Translations under genes and position numbers: made by a program
Virus record (IMG/VR): IMGVR_UViG_3300027710_000050
Location: 1-42,137 of that record
Length of the DNA stretch: 42,137 nucleotides
Origin: a virus
Lineage: Duplodnaviria > Caudoviricetes
Direction: 5' to 3' (one strand)
The notes under the pieces: model-generated
Databases searched by the model: none
Seen by the model: the letters and a program-made list of their open reading frames with translations, nothing else
Told to the model about the DNA's origin: nothing
Shown: positions 8,023 through 17,504 of the stretch, in pieces
Layout of the letters: the number at the start of each line of letters is the position of its first letter
Position numbering within the stretch: position 1 is the stretch's first letter

Positions 8023-8055
8023 TGGCAACCTAAAAAAACTTTAAAACTGTACGAT
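8023..8055 (+). promoter_or_regulatory. putative late promoter motif (also 11226-11258 and 27135-27167)
   Basis: TGGCAACYTAAA-N15-TAnnnT with identical spacing in three intergenic regions. Confidence 0.65.
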
Positions 8056-8063
8056 TACCCGAG

Positions 8064-8552
8064 ATGACAATAGTTTACTTGGGTTGTTTTATGGGTGATT
8101 TGACTGCGTGTGCTAGTGATTTGGTCATGTTTGATGAGTCAGACAGGCTGTCTATGCGCGAGCAAATAGAAGAATTTGAAGAATTCTTATTACAACAACC
8201 ACAGGTTGATATTTCTGAGTTTCAGGTTGAAAATATTTTCTGTGATGGTATTTATATCAAAAAGGCGGTGATTCCTGCTGGTGTAGTGCTGACTGGCGCA
8301 CTGCATTTGACTGAGCATATTAACATTATCATTAGCGGTAAGATTAAAGTCCTAACAGAAGAATCAATAGAAACAATCACCGCGCCCTGTATTTTCATCT
8401 CCCCACCTATGACTAAGCGCGTCGGCCTTGCGTTAGAAGATACCGCTTGGCTCAACGTACACGCTAATCGTGACAATCTCGATTTAGATACATTATCAAA
8501 ACTACTCACAGTCAGAACACACAAAGAGGCTCAAAAATGGTTGCAATCGTAA
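8064..8552 (+). CDS. cupin-like phage protein
   Basis: F.DGIY....IPAG..LTG..H..EH motif. Confidence 0.65.
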   Translation: MTIVYLGCFMGDLTACASDLVMFDESDRLSMREQIEEFEEFLLQQPQVDISEFQVENIFCDGIYIKKAVIPAGVVLTGALHLTEHINIIISGKIKVLTEESIETITAPCIFISPPMTKRVGLALEDTAWLNVHANRDNLDLDTLSKLLTVRTHKEAQKWLQS

Positions 8553-8812
8553 CGGCTGTTTTTGCTGCGCCAATGATTCAACAATATCAAGCTAGCAAAG
8601 ACCAAAAAAAAGCGCAAGAAGCTGAAATACAACAGGCTGCAAAACTTGCTGCTGAGCAAGAGCGCGAATTAAACAGGGTCAATCAAAAGAAGCCAAACAT
8701 CGCGTCATTGCTAACAGCGAATACATCAACATCAAATACGATGCTGACAGGCTCAACAGGCATTGATTCTGCAAAGCTAAAACTCAGCAAAACTTCTTTA
8801 TTAGGCGGTTAA
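8537..8812 (+). CDS. small virion-associated protein preceding the portal
   Basis: TMLTG..G....L.KTSLLGG tail typical of this position in BPP-1-like phages. Confidence 0.6.
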   Translation: MVAIVTAVFAAPMIQQYQASKDQKKAQEAEIQQAAKLAAEQERELNRVNQKKPNIASLLTANTSTSNTMLTGSTGIDSAKLKLSKTSLLGG

Positions 8813-8814
8813 AT

Positions 8815-10488
8815 ATGTTTGATGTTCAACGCGCCAAAAAAAGGCACTCAGCACTAAAAACAGAACGGTCTAGTTGGGATTCGCACTGGCAAGAAATTTC
8901 TGATGTGTTAATGCCTCGTTCTGGTCGTTTTGAGTCAACAAAGCGCAATGATGGCCAAAAAAAGCACAACAAAATCTATGATAATACTGGCACGTTGGCA
9001 CTAAGAACATTATCGGCTGGCCTCATGGCTGGTATGACATCACCAGCGCGCCCATGGTTTCGTGTTTCAATAAAAGAAAAAGAATTGACCGAAGTTCATG
9101 CGGTCAAATTGTGGTTGTCAGAAGTCACCGAAATCATGCTCACTGTTTTTCAGCGTTCTAATTTTTATCGCGCATTACATGGTTGTTATGATGAGTTGGG
9201 CGCATTTGGCACGGGCGTTATCTTTGTTGAAAAAGACTACAAAGACGTGATTTGCTGCTATTTGCTGACAGTTGGTGAGTATTGCATTGCTACTGACTAC
9301 AAGGGCAAGGCTAACGCACTATACCGCGAATTTGATATGACAGTGGAGCAGCTAGTAAAGCAGTTTGGTTATGATAATTGCTCAATGACTGTTAAAAGCT
9401 TGTACGACAATAAAAACTTAGATGCTTGGGTTACGGTTGTTCATGTTGTCGAACCGCGCATTGATAGAGATACAACCAAAGTTGACAGTAAAAATATGCC
9501 GTTTGTCTCGGTGTATTTTGAATTATCGTCAGATAGCCAAGTATTACGCGAGTCGGGTCTAAAATCGTTTCGTGTATTAGCTCCGCGTTGGGATGTGACA
9601 GGCAGCGATATTTACGGCGAGTCTCCTGCAATGGAGGCTTTGGGTGATATTAAGCAGTTACAGCATGAGCAATTAAGAAAAGCTCAGGCAATTGACTATC
9701 AAACTAATCCGCCCTTGCAGATTCCTGCATCTTCAAAAAATAAAGACACCAATCTCTTACCAGGTGGAATCACCTACGTTGATATGACAAGCAATACAAA
9801 TGTCATTCGGTCGGCGTTTGATGTGCCTTTACGCTTAGATTATTTATTGCAAGACATCGGCGATGTTCGTCAGCGTATCAACTCCGCGTTTTATGCCGAT
9901 ATGTTTTTGATGATGGCTAACACTGTCAACAATCGCATGACAGCTACAGAAGTAGCAGAACGTCACGAAGAAAAGTTGTTAATGATTGGCCCTGTACTTG
10001 AGCGATTGCATAACGAGTTATTACAGCCAGCAATTGAAATCACTTTTGAAATCATGCTTGAAAGTGGGCTTGTGCCTGAGCCACCGCAAGAACTACAAGG
10101 TATTGAATTGGATGTCGAGTTTGTCTCAATGCTTGCACAAGCTCAACGTGCAATCAGTGTTAATAGCCTGGATAGATTTGTTTCGTCTATTGCTGGTTTG
10201 AGTCAGTACAAGCCTGAAATTCTAGATAAATTAAACCCTGATGCGATAGCAGACCACTTGCAAGAGTCTTTGGGTATTAGTCCTGAGTTAATCCATTCAA
10301 ATGAAACAGTTCAAGCCATGCGTCAAGCGCGTATTGATGCACAACAACAACAAGCGCAACAAGAACAAATGATGCAAGCCGCTGAAACAGCTAAGGCGTT
10401 ATCTCAGGCAAAAATGAATGATGAGAGCGCACTAACTAACGTGACTGGCATGTTCAACGGCTATTCAGCCCCGAACATTTTGCAGTGA
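8815..10488 (+). CDS. portal (head-to-tail connector)
   Basis: GMTSPARPWF, YGESPAMEALGD, MTATEVAERHEEKL. Confidence 0.95.
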   Translation: MFDVQRAKKRHSALKTERSSWDSHWQEISDVLMPRSGRFESTKRNDGQKKHNKIYDNTGTLALRTLSAGLMAGMTSPARPWFRVSIKEKELTEVHAVKLWLSEVTEIMLTVFQRSNFYRALHGCYDELGAFGTGVIFVEKDYKDVICCYLLTVGEYCIATDYKGKANALYREFDMTVEQLVKQFGYDNCSMTVKSLYDNKNLDAWVTVVHVVEPRIDRDTTKVDSKNMPFVSVYFELSSDSQVLRESGLKSFRVLAPRWDVTGSDIYGESPAMEALGDIKQLQHEQLRKAQAIDYQTNPPLQIPASSKNKDTNLLPGGITYVDMTSNTNVIRSAFDVPLRLDYLLQDIGDVRQRINSAFYADMFLMMANTVNNRMTATEVAERHEEKLLMIGPVLERLHNELLQPAIEITFEIMLESGLVPEPPQELQGIELDVEFVSMLAQAQRAISVNSLDRFVSSIAGLSQYKPEILDKLNPDAIADHLQESLGISPELIHSNETVQAMRQARIDAQQQQAQQEQMMQAAETAKALSQAKMNDESALTNVTGMFNGYSAPNILQ

Positions 10489-10495
10489 GGTTTTT

Positions 10496-10915
10496 ATGAA
10501 GCTACTCATTCAGCGTGAAGCATCAACAGAAAAAAGTACACCAGGTAAGCTCTATTTAATTCAAAACGAAAAGCCTGTTTTTTTCTGCTACACGCTGGAA
10601 GATGTGGTACGCGATGTAAAAGTGAAGGGCAAAACAGCAATACCAAGCGGCAATTACCGCGTTATCGTGAATTTATCTAACAGATTTAAAAAACGCCTGC
10701 CTTTGCTTTTGAGTGTTCCTAATTTTGAGGGTGTTAGGCTTCATGGCGGTAATACTCACGAAAATACAGATGGCTGTCCGTTGCTTGGAAAAAACAGAGA
10801 TAGCCTAGACCGTATTAGTAACTGCGCTCCTGCCGTCAAGTCTGTTATTCAGTTGATTGATGCTGCAACAGCAAGAAAAGAACAAGTTTATTTGGAGATA
10901 AAGAATGCGTCTTAA
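10496..10915 (+). CDS. DUF5675 family putative endolysin
   Basis: CYTLED, TAIPSG.Y, VPNFEGVRLHGGN...TDGCPLLG; adjacent to a holin. Confidence 0.75.
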   Translation: MKLLIQREASTEKSTPGKLYLIQNEKPVFFCYTLEDVVRDVKVKGKTAIPSGNYRVIVNLSNRFKKRLPLLLSVPNFEGVRLHGGNTHENTDGCPLLGKNRDSLDRISNCAPAVKSVIQLIDAATARKEQVYLEIKNAS

Positions 10916-11225
10916 TGATTTGGGTGGCGCAAGCAATGAAGCTATTAGCGCACTATCTTCGCCTTTTTTGGCGTTTTTAACTGCGATTGTTCGCTCGTCT
11001 TATTACGGTAAAAAACCTTGGTCTAAGCGGTTTTTAGAGGCGTTATTAATCGGCTTGGCAACGGCTGGCATCATACCGATTGTGATGTATTTTAAGTTGT
11101 CTCTAACACTCACGGTTTTTTTTGCTGTGTTTATAGGGATTTTAGGTATTGAAGTGATTACTGATTTAATTCAAATGTACATCGAGCGTAAGACAAAAAC
11201 TCAAATAAATATGAAAAGAAGATGA
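10905..11225 (+). CDS. holin (lambda-type, 2-3 TM)
   Basis: Hydrophobic helices, basic C-terminus, overlaps the lysin gene. Confidence 0.7.
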   Translation: MRLNDLGGASNEAISALSSPFLAFLTAIVRSSYYGKKPWSKRFLEALLIGLATAGIIPIVMYFKLSLTLTVFFAVFIGILGIEVITDLIQMYIERKTKTQINMKRR

Positions 11226-11258
11226 TGGCAACCTAAACAAACTTTCAGGACTTATATT

Positions 11259-11573
11259 GTGTCATATACCGAAAAAGACGAACTAAAAGATTTAGAGGCT
11301 CAACAGCAAATAAGTGATTTGCTTGCTGTGATGAGTACGGCACAAGGAAGACGATTTATTTGGCGGCTGCTGAGTGAGTCGGGAGTTTATCGCACTTCTT
11401 TTAGTTGTGATATTGCGCTGATGTCATTCAATGAGGGTAAGCGCAATATAGGTCTTGAGTTATTAAGCGAATTAGTTAGCAACTGTCATTCCAGTTATTT
11501 AAAAATGGTTGAAGAAGCAAATGTCAACAGAACCAACGCCACAGCCAAGCCCAGAACCGACCCCGACTCCTGA
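11259..11573 (+). CDS. Bbp19-like protein
   Basis: VMST.QGRRFIWRLL...FNEGKRNIGL. Confidence 0.8.
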   Translation: MSYTEKDELKDLEAQQQISDLLAVMSTAQGRRFIWRLLSESGVYRTSFSCDIALMSFNEGKRNIGLELLSELVSNCHSSYLKMVEEANVNRTNATAKPRTDPDS

Positions 11574-12093
11574 GCCAACGCCAAGTCCGTCACCTGAGCC
11601 AAGTCCTGCACCAACGCCTGATGTAAAGGCCGATACTGGTTTAGTTATTCCTGAAAAGTATGATTTTAAATTGCCTGATGGTGTTTCTTTTGATGAAACA
11701 GGTATTACGGCTTTTAGTGAATTTGCCAAAGAAAACAAATTAAGCCAAGAATCGGCACAAGACCTTTTGGCTAAATTAGCTCCTGCCTTAGCTCAACGTC
11801 AAGAGCAAGCACTTGAGCAGGTTAAAACACAATGGGCTGATACAGCTAAGGCCGACAAAGAGTTTGGCGGCGATAAGTTAAATGAAAATTTGGCGATTGC
11901 TAAAAAGGCAATTGATAAATTTGGCTCTCCTGAGTTGTCGGCGTTTTTAAATGAAAGCGGCCTAGGTAATCATCCCGAAATTATTCGGGCTTTTTATCGT
12001 GCAGGAAAGGCAATTAGTGAAGATGTTTTTGTGGGTGGTGGTAATCGGACAGAGACCGACCCTGCAAGACTTATGTACCCAACAATGAAATAA
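11521..12093 (+). CDS. capsid scaffolding protein
   Basis: Pro-rich N-terminus, PEKYDF, ADKEFGG, GLGNHPE; upstream of the capsid gene. Confidence 0.8.
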   Translation: MSTEPTPQPSPEPTPTPEPTPSPSPEPSPAPTPDVKADTGLVIPEKYDFKLPDGVSFDETGITAFSEFAKENKLSQESAQDLLAKLAPALAQRQEQALEQVKTQWADTAKADKEFGGDKLNENLAIAKKAIDKFGSPELSAFLNESGLGNHPEIIRAFYRAGKAISEDVFVGGGNRTETDPARLMYPTMK

Positions 12094-12105
12094 AGAGGCT
12101 AGACG

Positions 12106-13116
12106 ATGACTGCTTTATCTACTATCTATCCAAATCTCTTAGATGTTACTCGTCGTTTAGACCCAAATGGCGCGATTGATAGCATTGCAGAGATGCTGAT
12201 GCAAACTAACCCGATTCTGGACGATGCTGTTTGGCGTGAAGGTAATTTACCTACAGGTCATCGGGCAACGATTCGTACAGGTTTACCAACTCCAACATGG
12301 CGTAAGCTCTATGGTGGTGTGCAACCTGCAAAGTCAACAACTCGTCAAGTCACTGATGCTTGCGGTATGTTAGAAGCGTATGCCGAAGTTGACAAAGCAT
12401 TGGCTGATTTAAACGGCAATGCTCCTGCTTTCCGTCTCTCCGAAGACCGCGCTCACATTGAATCGATGAGCCAAGAGCTTGCTTCGACCTTGTTCTATGG
12501 TAACGAAGGCAGTGAACCCGAAGCCTTTACTGGTTTTGCCCCTCGTTTTAATGACCAATCAGCCGAAAATGGCGTAAACATTATTACTGATGCAGCCACT
12601 CCTGATGGTACAGACAACGCCTCTATGTGGTTGGTTGTGTGGGGTGATAACGTACACATGCTTTATCCAAAAGGCTCAAAAGGCGGCCTGCAAATGACCG
12701 ACAAAGGTCAAGTTACTATTGAAAATGTTGATGGTAACGGTGGTCGCATGGAAGCATACCGCACTCACTATCGTTGGGATTGTGGCTTGCACGTTAAAGA
12801 CTGGCGTTATGTTGTGCGTATTCAGGTTGATTTAGAAGATTTAACCAAGAATGCCGCTACTGGCCCCGATTTAATTGACTTAATGGCTCAGGCAGTGGAT
12901 TTAGTGCCAAACATTAACGCGGGCCGTCCTGTGTTTTATGCTAATCGTGCTTTGCGTGGTTTCTTGCGCCGTCAAATCATGAATAAAGTCGCCAACTCTA
13001 CGTTGTCGATTGAGCAATTAACTCGTCCAAATGGTGCGATGTTACGCGAAATTATGTTTGACGGTATTCCTGTTCGTCGCTGTGATGGCTTGTTAAGCAC
13101 TGAGTCAGGCATTTAA
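12106..13116 (+). CDS. major capsid protein
   Basis: EGNLPTGH...RTGLP, HYRWDCGL.VKDWRYVVRI; BPP-1/epsilon15-type. Confidence 0.9.
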   Translation: MTALSTIYPNLLDVTRRLDPNGAIDSIAEMLMQTNPILDDAVWREGNLPTGHRATIRTGLPTPTWRKLYGGVQPAKSTTRQVTDACGMLEAYAEVDKALADLNGNAPAFRLSEDRAHIESMSQELASTLFYGNEGSEPEAFTGFAPRFNDQSAENGVNIITDAATPDGTDNASMWLVVWGDNVHMLYPKGSKGGLQMTDKGQVTIENVDGNGGRMEAYRTHYRWDCGLHVKDWRYVVRIQVDLEDLTKNAATGPDLIDLMAQAVDLVPNINAGRPVFYANRALRGFLRRQIMNKVANSTLSIEQLTRPNGAMLREIMFDGIPVRRCDGLLSTESGI

Positions 13117-13142
13117 TGCAATTTAGAGTTGGAGTATAAAAC

Positions 13143-13616
13143 ATGATTCTTGATAAATTAACTGAATTTGCTGATGCCGTTTCTGTTGCTGCTGCTGCTG
13201 GCACTGCTTTAATCGGCAATCAGATTGATATTTCTGCAGCTTTGGGCGATATTGGTCACGGCGAGCCGATTTACTTGGTAATTACCACAGACACCGAAAT
13301 CATTACGGGCGGCTCTGCTGGCACAATTAAGTTCCAATTGGTGTCCGATAATTCCGCATCTATCGCTGTGGATGGCTCTGCTACGGTGCATTATGACACA
13401 GGTACTTTTGTGACTGATGATGCTGCGGCCAATGATAGCCAATTAAATGCTGGTGGTGTGATTGCCTGTGTTGCCTTACCAATGGAAGGTAAGGTTTATG
13501 AGCGTTATTTGGGTATCTTGGCGATTGTTGCCACAACCACAGTAACGGCTGGCAAAATCAACGCTTTCTTAACCAAAGACCCGTCAAAATGGAAAGCATA
13601 TCCTGACGCTATTTAA
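13143..13616 (+). CDS. capsid cement protein (Bbp16-like)
   Basis: MILDK..EF start, YERYLG, TAGKINAFL; follows the capsid gene. Confidence 0.8.
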   Translation: MILDKLTEFADAVSVAAAAGTALIGNQIDISAALGDIGHGEPIYLVITTDTEIITGGSAGTIKFQLVSDNSASIAVDGSATVHYDTGTFVTDDAAANDSQLNAGGVIACVALPMEGKVYERYLGILAIVATTTVTAGKINAFLTKDPSKWKAYPDAI

Positions 13617-13627
13617 GGTGGTGGTGT

Positions 13628-13861
13628 ATGCGTGTTATTGCAACAAAAGACGGTTTTTATAATGGTAAGCGTGTGCCAAAAGGCAAAGAGTTTGATTTTT
13701 TAGGTAAACGTTTAGGTTCTTGGATGAAGCCAGTTGATAAAAAGATTGGTAAAGAAGCCAAACCAAAACAAGAAGAAGTTTTAACTTTTTCTGAAATGAC
13801 CAAAAAAAATCAAGAAGAAGAACAGTCTTTGATTGATAAAAAGACTGGCAAAGAAGCCTAA
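13628..13861 (+). CDS. hypothetical head-module protein
   Basis: RBS, position, followed by a terminator. Confidence 0.6.
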   Translation: MRVIATKDGFYNGKRVPKGKEFDFLGKRLGSWMKPVDKKIGKEAKPKQEEVLTFSEMTKKNQEEEQSLIDKKTGKEA

Positions 13862-13885
13862 AAGCGGCCTATCTATAAAAACCAT

Positions 13886-13912
13886 AAATGGGGACGCTAT
13901 GTCCCCATTTTT
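13886..13912 (+). terminator. terminator after head genes
   Basis: AAATGGGGAC-GCTAT-GTCCCCATTTTT. Confidence 0.7.
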
Positions 13913-13923
13913 GTAGGTGATAT

Positions 13924-14532
13924 ATGACAAGTGTTGTTGATATTTGCAATTTAGCATTAACACATATTGGCGATGAGGCCAATGTCACCGCCATTGCTCC
14001 ACCTGATGGCAGTACACAAGCAGCATTATGTGCAACGTATTATCCTGTCGCTCGTGGTATCGCATTAGAGGCGCATAATTGGACGTTTGCCACTAAAACA
14101 GCCGAGTTGTCTTTGTTGGATTACGAAGATGATACTTGGTTTTATGCCTACAGTTTGCCGTCTTCATGCTTGAAGATTATCGGCTTATCGCCATTGCCTA
14201 CAGATAGCGACTATCAAACAGATAAAGACTTCACGATTGAAGCCAAAAGCGATGGCTCTCTAATGCTTTTGACTAATACCGAGTCAGCATCCTGCAAATA
14301 CATTTACAACATCACGGACGTTAATAAATTCAGCAATAAATTTGTTGAGGCATTATCGTATTTGTTAGCGTCACAACTTGCAGGGGCGTTAATCAAAGGT
14401 GATGTAGGTATAAAGGTTGGCCAAAATATGCGAGCTAATTACGAGGCTCTTATTAACCAAGCTGCTGTTTCTGACCTAAATCAAACTAAAAAAATTCATT
14501 CACATAAACCTGTTTGGATGAGCAATAGATAA
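13924..14532 (+). CDS. tail tubular protein A / adaptor
   Basis: SVVDICNLAL, HNWTFA, YAYSLP. Confidence 0.85.
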   Translation: MTSVVDICNLALTHIGDEANVTAIAPPDGSTQAALCATYYPVARGIALEAHNWTFATKTAELSLLDYEDDTWFYAYSLPSSCLKIIGLSPLPTDSDYQTDKDFTIEAKSDGSLMLLTNTESASCKYIYNITDVNKFSNKFVEALSYLLASQLAGALIKGDVGIKVGQNMRANYEALINQAAVSDLNQTKKIHSHKPVWMSNR

Positions 14533-16991
14533 TGGCCAACACCAAAGTATTACAACAGTCATTTAATGGCGGCATTATTTCTGATGAGATGCTTGGTCGG
14601 TTTGATGATGTAAAACGAACAAACGGCGTGTCTGAGTTAAAAAACTTTATTGTCACACCGCAAGGGCCGATAACAAAAAGAACAGGCACAGCATTTGTGC
14701 GTGAGGTGGAGGATTCGGACGATAACTGCATAATCATTCCGTTTATTTATTCGATTGACCAATCCTTTGTAATTGAAATAAGTAATAGCTATTTTAGATT
14801 CCACACTAACGGAGCGACTTTAATGATTCCCGACTTGGGCGATATTCCGACATGGGATTCATTAACCAGTTATGAGGCGGGTGATTTTGTTATTAAAAGC
14901 GGCACCGTGTATCAAGCAAAAGAAGATAACGTAAATCAAGACCCTGCCGTTGGTAGCGGATCAGGTGGGTATGTTTGGAATATCATGCCAAGCTCTGGCA
15001 TATACCAAATAAAATCGGAGTATTTCGGATTAGACTTAAACAAAATCAATTTTGTGCAATCCAATGATGTCGTTACGCTTGTACATCCTGATAGCCCTCC
15101 GTATGAACTAAAGCGCATGAGCGAGAGCTTTTGGCGGTTTGATAATGTTATAAATGACAGTCTTGATGCGCTTATTCCAGATAGTCCCGAAATAGATACC
15201 GCCCGATCTGTTGGCTCTGGTGACACAGTTTATAGATACAAAGTAACATCTGTTAATAGTGATAGTGAGGAGAGTTTGCCAAGCGGCGAAATGCTTGGTA
15301 ATGCTTGGACAATTGACATTGTGACATCGGGAGCAGCAACCACTGTTTCGACTGTTCTTGATAATGATTTTAAAGTCGGTCAACGTATTAGTATTAGCGG
15401 TGTTGGCTCTGACATGAATTTTGTTGAGGGTGATTTCGAGGTTTACGCAATCAGTACATCGAAGATATTCACTATTTCACAAAACGGTGTTCCTTATAAC
15501 ACAACAGGTGCGGGAACATCAGGAAGCGGCGGCACTGCCCGTGCTTACGGCTATGTTAATGACCTACTCACAACAGGTAATAAGAACGTATTTACATGGA
15601 CGGCTGTTAGTGGTGCAGCAAAATACAAAGTTTACAAAGAAAGCTCTGGCCAATTTGGTTTTGTGGGTGAGACAGAATTACCGTTTTTTATTGATGATAA
15701 TATCGCGGCTGATATTGCAAGAACCCCACCAATTGACCGTGACATATTAAACGCGGCTAATGATTTTCCTCGTGCGGTGACTTATCACGAACAAAGACGA
15801 GTGTTTGCTGGCTCTAATAATGCGCCACAAACCGTGTGGATGACACGAACAGGCACAGAAGCAGACTTTAACTATCATATCCCTGTGCTTGATGACGACA
15901 GTATTGTTTTTAGAGTTGCAAGTCGTGAAAACAATGCTATTCAGCACCTTGTTCCGTTGGGTGATTTGCTTCTGTTAACAAATGCGGCCGAGTGGAAGCT
16001 ATACGGGCAAGGCTCTGTTATTACGCCAACAACATTAAGCGTCAATCCACAATCATATATTGGCTGTAACGGCGTTCAACCTGTCACCATAAACACTACC
16101 GCTTTATTTGCTGAGGGTACGGGCGGCCATGTACGCGAAATTGCATATAACTGGCAATCAGGCGGCTATGCTACGCGAGACCTTTCTATACGCTCTCCGC
16201 ATTTGTTTGAAAACAAGAGTATCGTTGATATGGCCTATTCTAAATCACCGATTCCTGTGGTGTGGTTTGTTAATGGTGATGGTGAGTTGCTTGGTTTAAC
16301 GTACATGCCAGATCAAGAGGTTTTTGCTTGGCACCAACACGACACAGATGGCCTTTTTGAGAGTGTGTGCTGTGTTCCTGAAAACGGGCAATCTGTGCTT
16401 TATGCCATTGTTCAGCGCGAAATTGATGGTAATACAGTGAGGTACATCGAGCGATTTGCTGAAAGGTTTGCAGGAGTTACTGCTGATGCTTTCTTTGTTG
16501 ATTGTGGCGCAACGTATGATGGCGCAGCAACCACCACGATTACAGGGCTTGATTTTATAGAAGGCAAAACGGTAGCAATTCTTGCTGATGGCGCGATTCA
16601 CCCACAAAAAACAGTAACAGGCGGTGAGATTACACTTGATTACGAAGCCTCAAAAGTGCAAGTCGGACTGCCTATTGTATCAACACTAAAAACATTACCC
16701 GTTGCGATACAAGTTGAAGCCTACGGCATGGGCAGAAACAAAAACATAAACAAAGCCATTGCTAGAGTAAAAGATGCGAGTGGTTTATATTTTGGATATG
16801 ACGAAGACCATCTAGTCGAATATAAGCAACGGTCAACTGAGGTTTACGGCAGTCCTCCAAATTTAATAAGCGGCGAAATTGAATTAAATGTAACAGGCAA
16901 TTGGAATAAATCGGGTCAGATTTGCGTGAGACAATCAAGCCCTTTGCCGTCAACAATTATTTCATTAACCCTTGAGTTATCTATAGGTTAA
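14532..16991 (+). CDS. tail tubular protein B / nozzle
   Basis: SFNGG, PQGP..KR.GT, QSNDV, FP.AVTYHEQR, AWHQH. Confidence 0.9.
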   Translation: MANTKVLQQSFNGGIISDEMLGRFDDVKRTNGVSELKNFIVTPQGPITKRTGTAFVREVEDSDDNCIIIPFIYSIDQSFVIEISNSYFRFHTNGATLMIPDLGDIPTWDSLTSYEAGDFVIKSGTVYQAKEDNVNQDPAVGSGSGGYVWNIMPSSGIYQIKSEYFGLDLNKINFVQSNDVVTLVHPDSPPYELKRMSESFWRFDNVINDSLDALIPDSPEIDTARSVGSGDTVYRYKVTSVNSDSEESLPSGEMLGNAWTIDIVTSGAATTVSTVLDNDFKVGQRISISGVGSDMNFVEGDFEVYAISTSKIFTISQNGVPYNTTGAGTSGSGGTARAYGYVNDLLTTGNKNVFTWTAVSGAAKYKVYKESSGQFGFVGETELPFFIDDNIAADIARTPPIDRDILNAANDFPRAVTYHEQRRVFAGSNNAPQTVWMTRTGTEADFNYHIPVLDDDSIVFRVASRENNAIQHLVPLGDLLLLTNAAEWKLYGQGSVITPTTLSVNPQSYIGCNGVQPVTINTTALFAEGTGGHVREIAYNWQSGGYATRDLSIRSPHLFENKSIVDMAYSKSPIPVVWFVNGDGELLGLTYMPDQEVFAWHQHDTDGLFESVCCVPENGQSVLYAIVQREIDGNTVRYIERFAERFAGVTADAFFVDCGATYDGAATTTITGLDFIEGKTVAILADGAIHPQKTVTGGEITLDYEASKVQVGLPIVSTLKTLPVAIQVEAYGMGRNKNINKAIARVKDASGLYFGYDEDHLVEYKQRSTEVYGSPPNLISGEIELNVTGNWNKSGQICVRQSSPLPSTIISLTLELSIG

Positions 16992-16994
16992 TTT

Positions 16995-17504
16995 ATGAAT
17001 CCAATTTTAATGCTGCAAATGTTTAACGCGGGAAATAATGCGATAGGGAGCTTTTTTGGCGCAAAACAACAGCGTCAAGACCTGAATTTTCAAGCTAACA
17101 TGGCCGAAATAAACGCGGGCTTGTACGACTTAAAAGCCAAAGATGCTATGCAGCAAGGTATTGCAGCCGAGCAACAATACCGCATGAAGACGGCGCAAGA
17201 AAAAGGCAGTTCTCGTGTAAAGGCAGCCTCTCGCGGCATTGATTTATCAAGTGATGTGGTTGTTAATGAGCTAACAACTCAAGATTACATTACCGAGATT
17301 GATACAAACACCATTCAGGCGAATACAATCAAGTCGGCATTTGGTTATAAAACAGAAGCACAAAACCAACGCTCTCAAGCCAACATGATGAGAACATCTG
17401 CTAATTCTATCAATCCAGCAATGGCAACATTTAACTCACTGCTTGGTGGTGCTACCGATATTGCGTCCACCTGGCATGGTCAAAAGAAAGCAGGAGTTAA
17501 ATAA
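16995..17504 (+). CDS. internal virion (ejection) protein
   Basis: Position; helical A/Q-rich with AASRGID motif. Confidence 0.7.
   Translation: MNPILMLQMFNAGNNAIGSFFGAKQQRQDLNFQANMAEINAGLYDLKAKDAMQQGIAAEQQYRMKTAQEKGSSRVKAASRGIDLSSDVVVNELTTQDYITEIDTNTIQANTIKSAFGYKTEAQNQRSQANMMRTSANSINPAMATFNSLLGGATDIASTWHGQKKAGVK

Noticed and set aside
11530-11620. Pro-rich repeat as a DNA repeat element
   Set aside because: Encodes the low-complexity PEPT/PSP N-terminus of the scaffold protein
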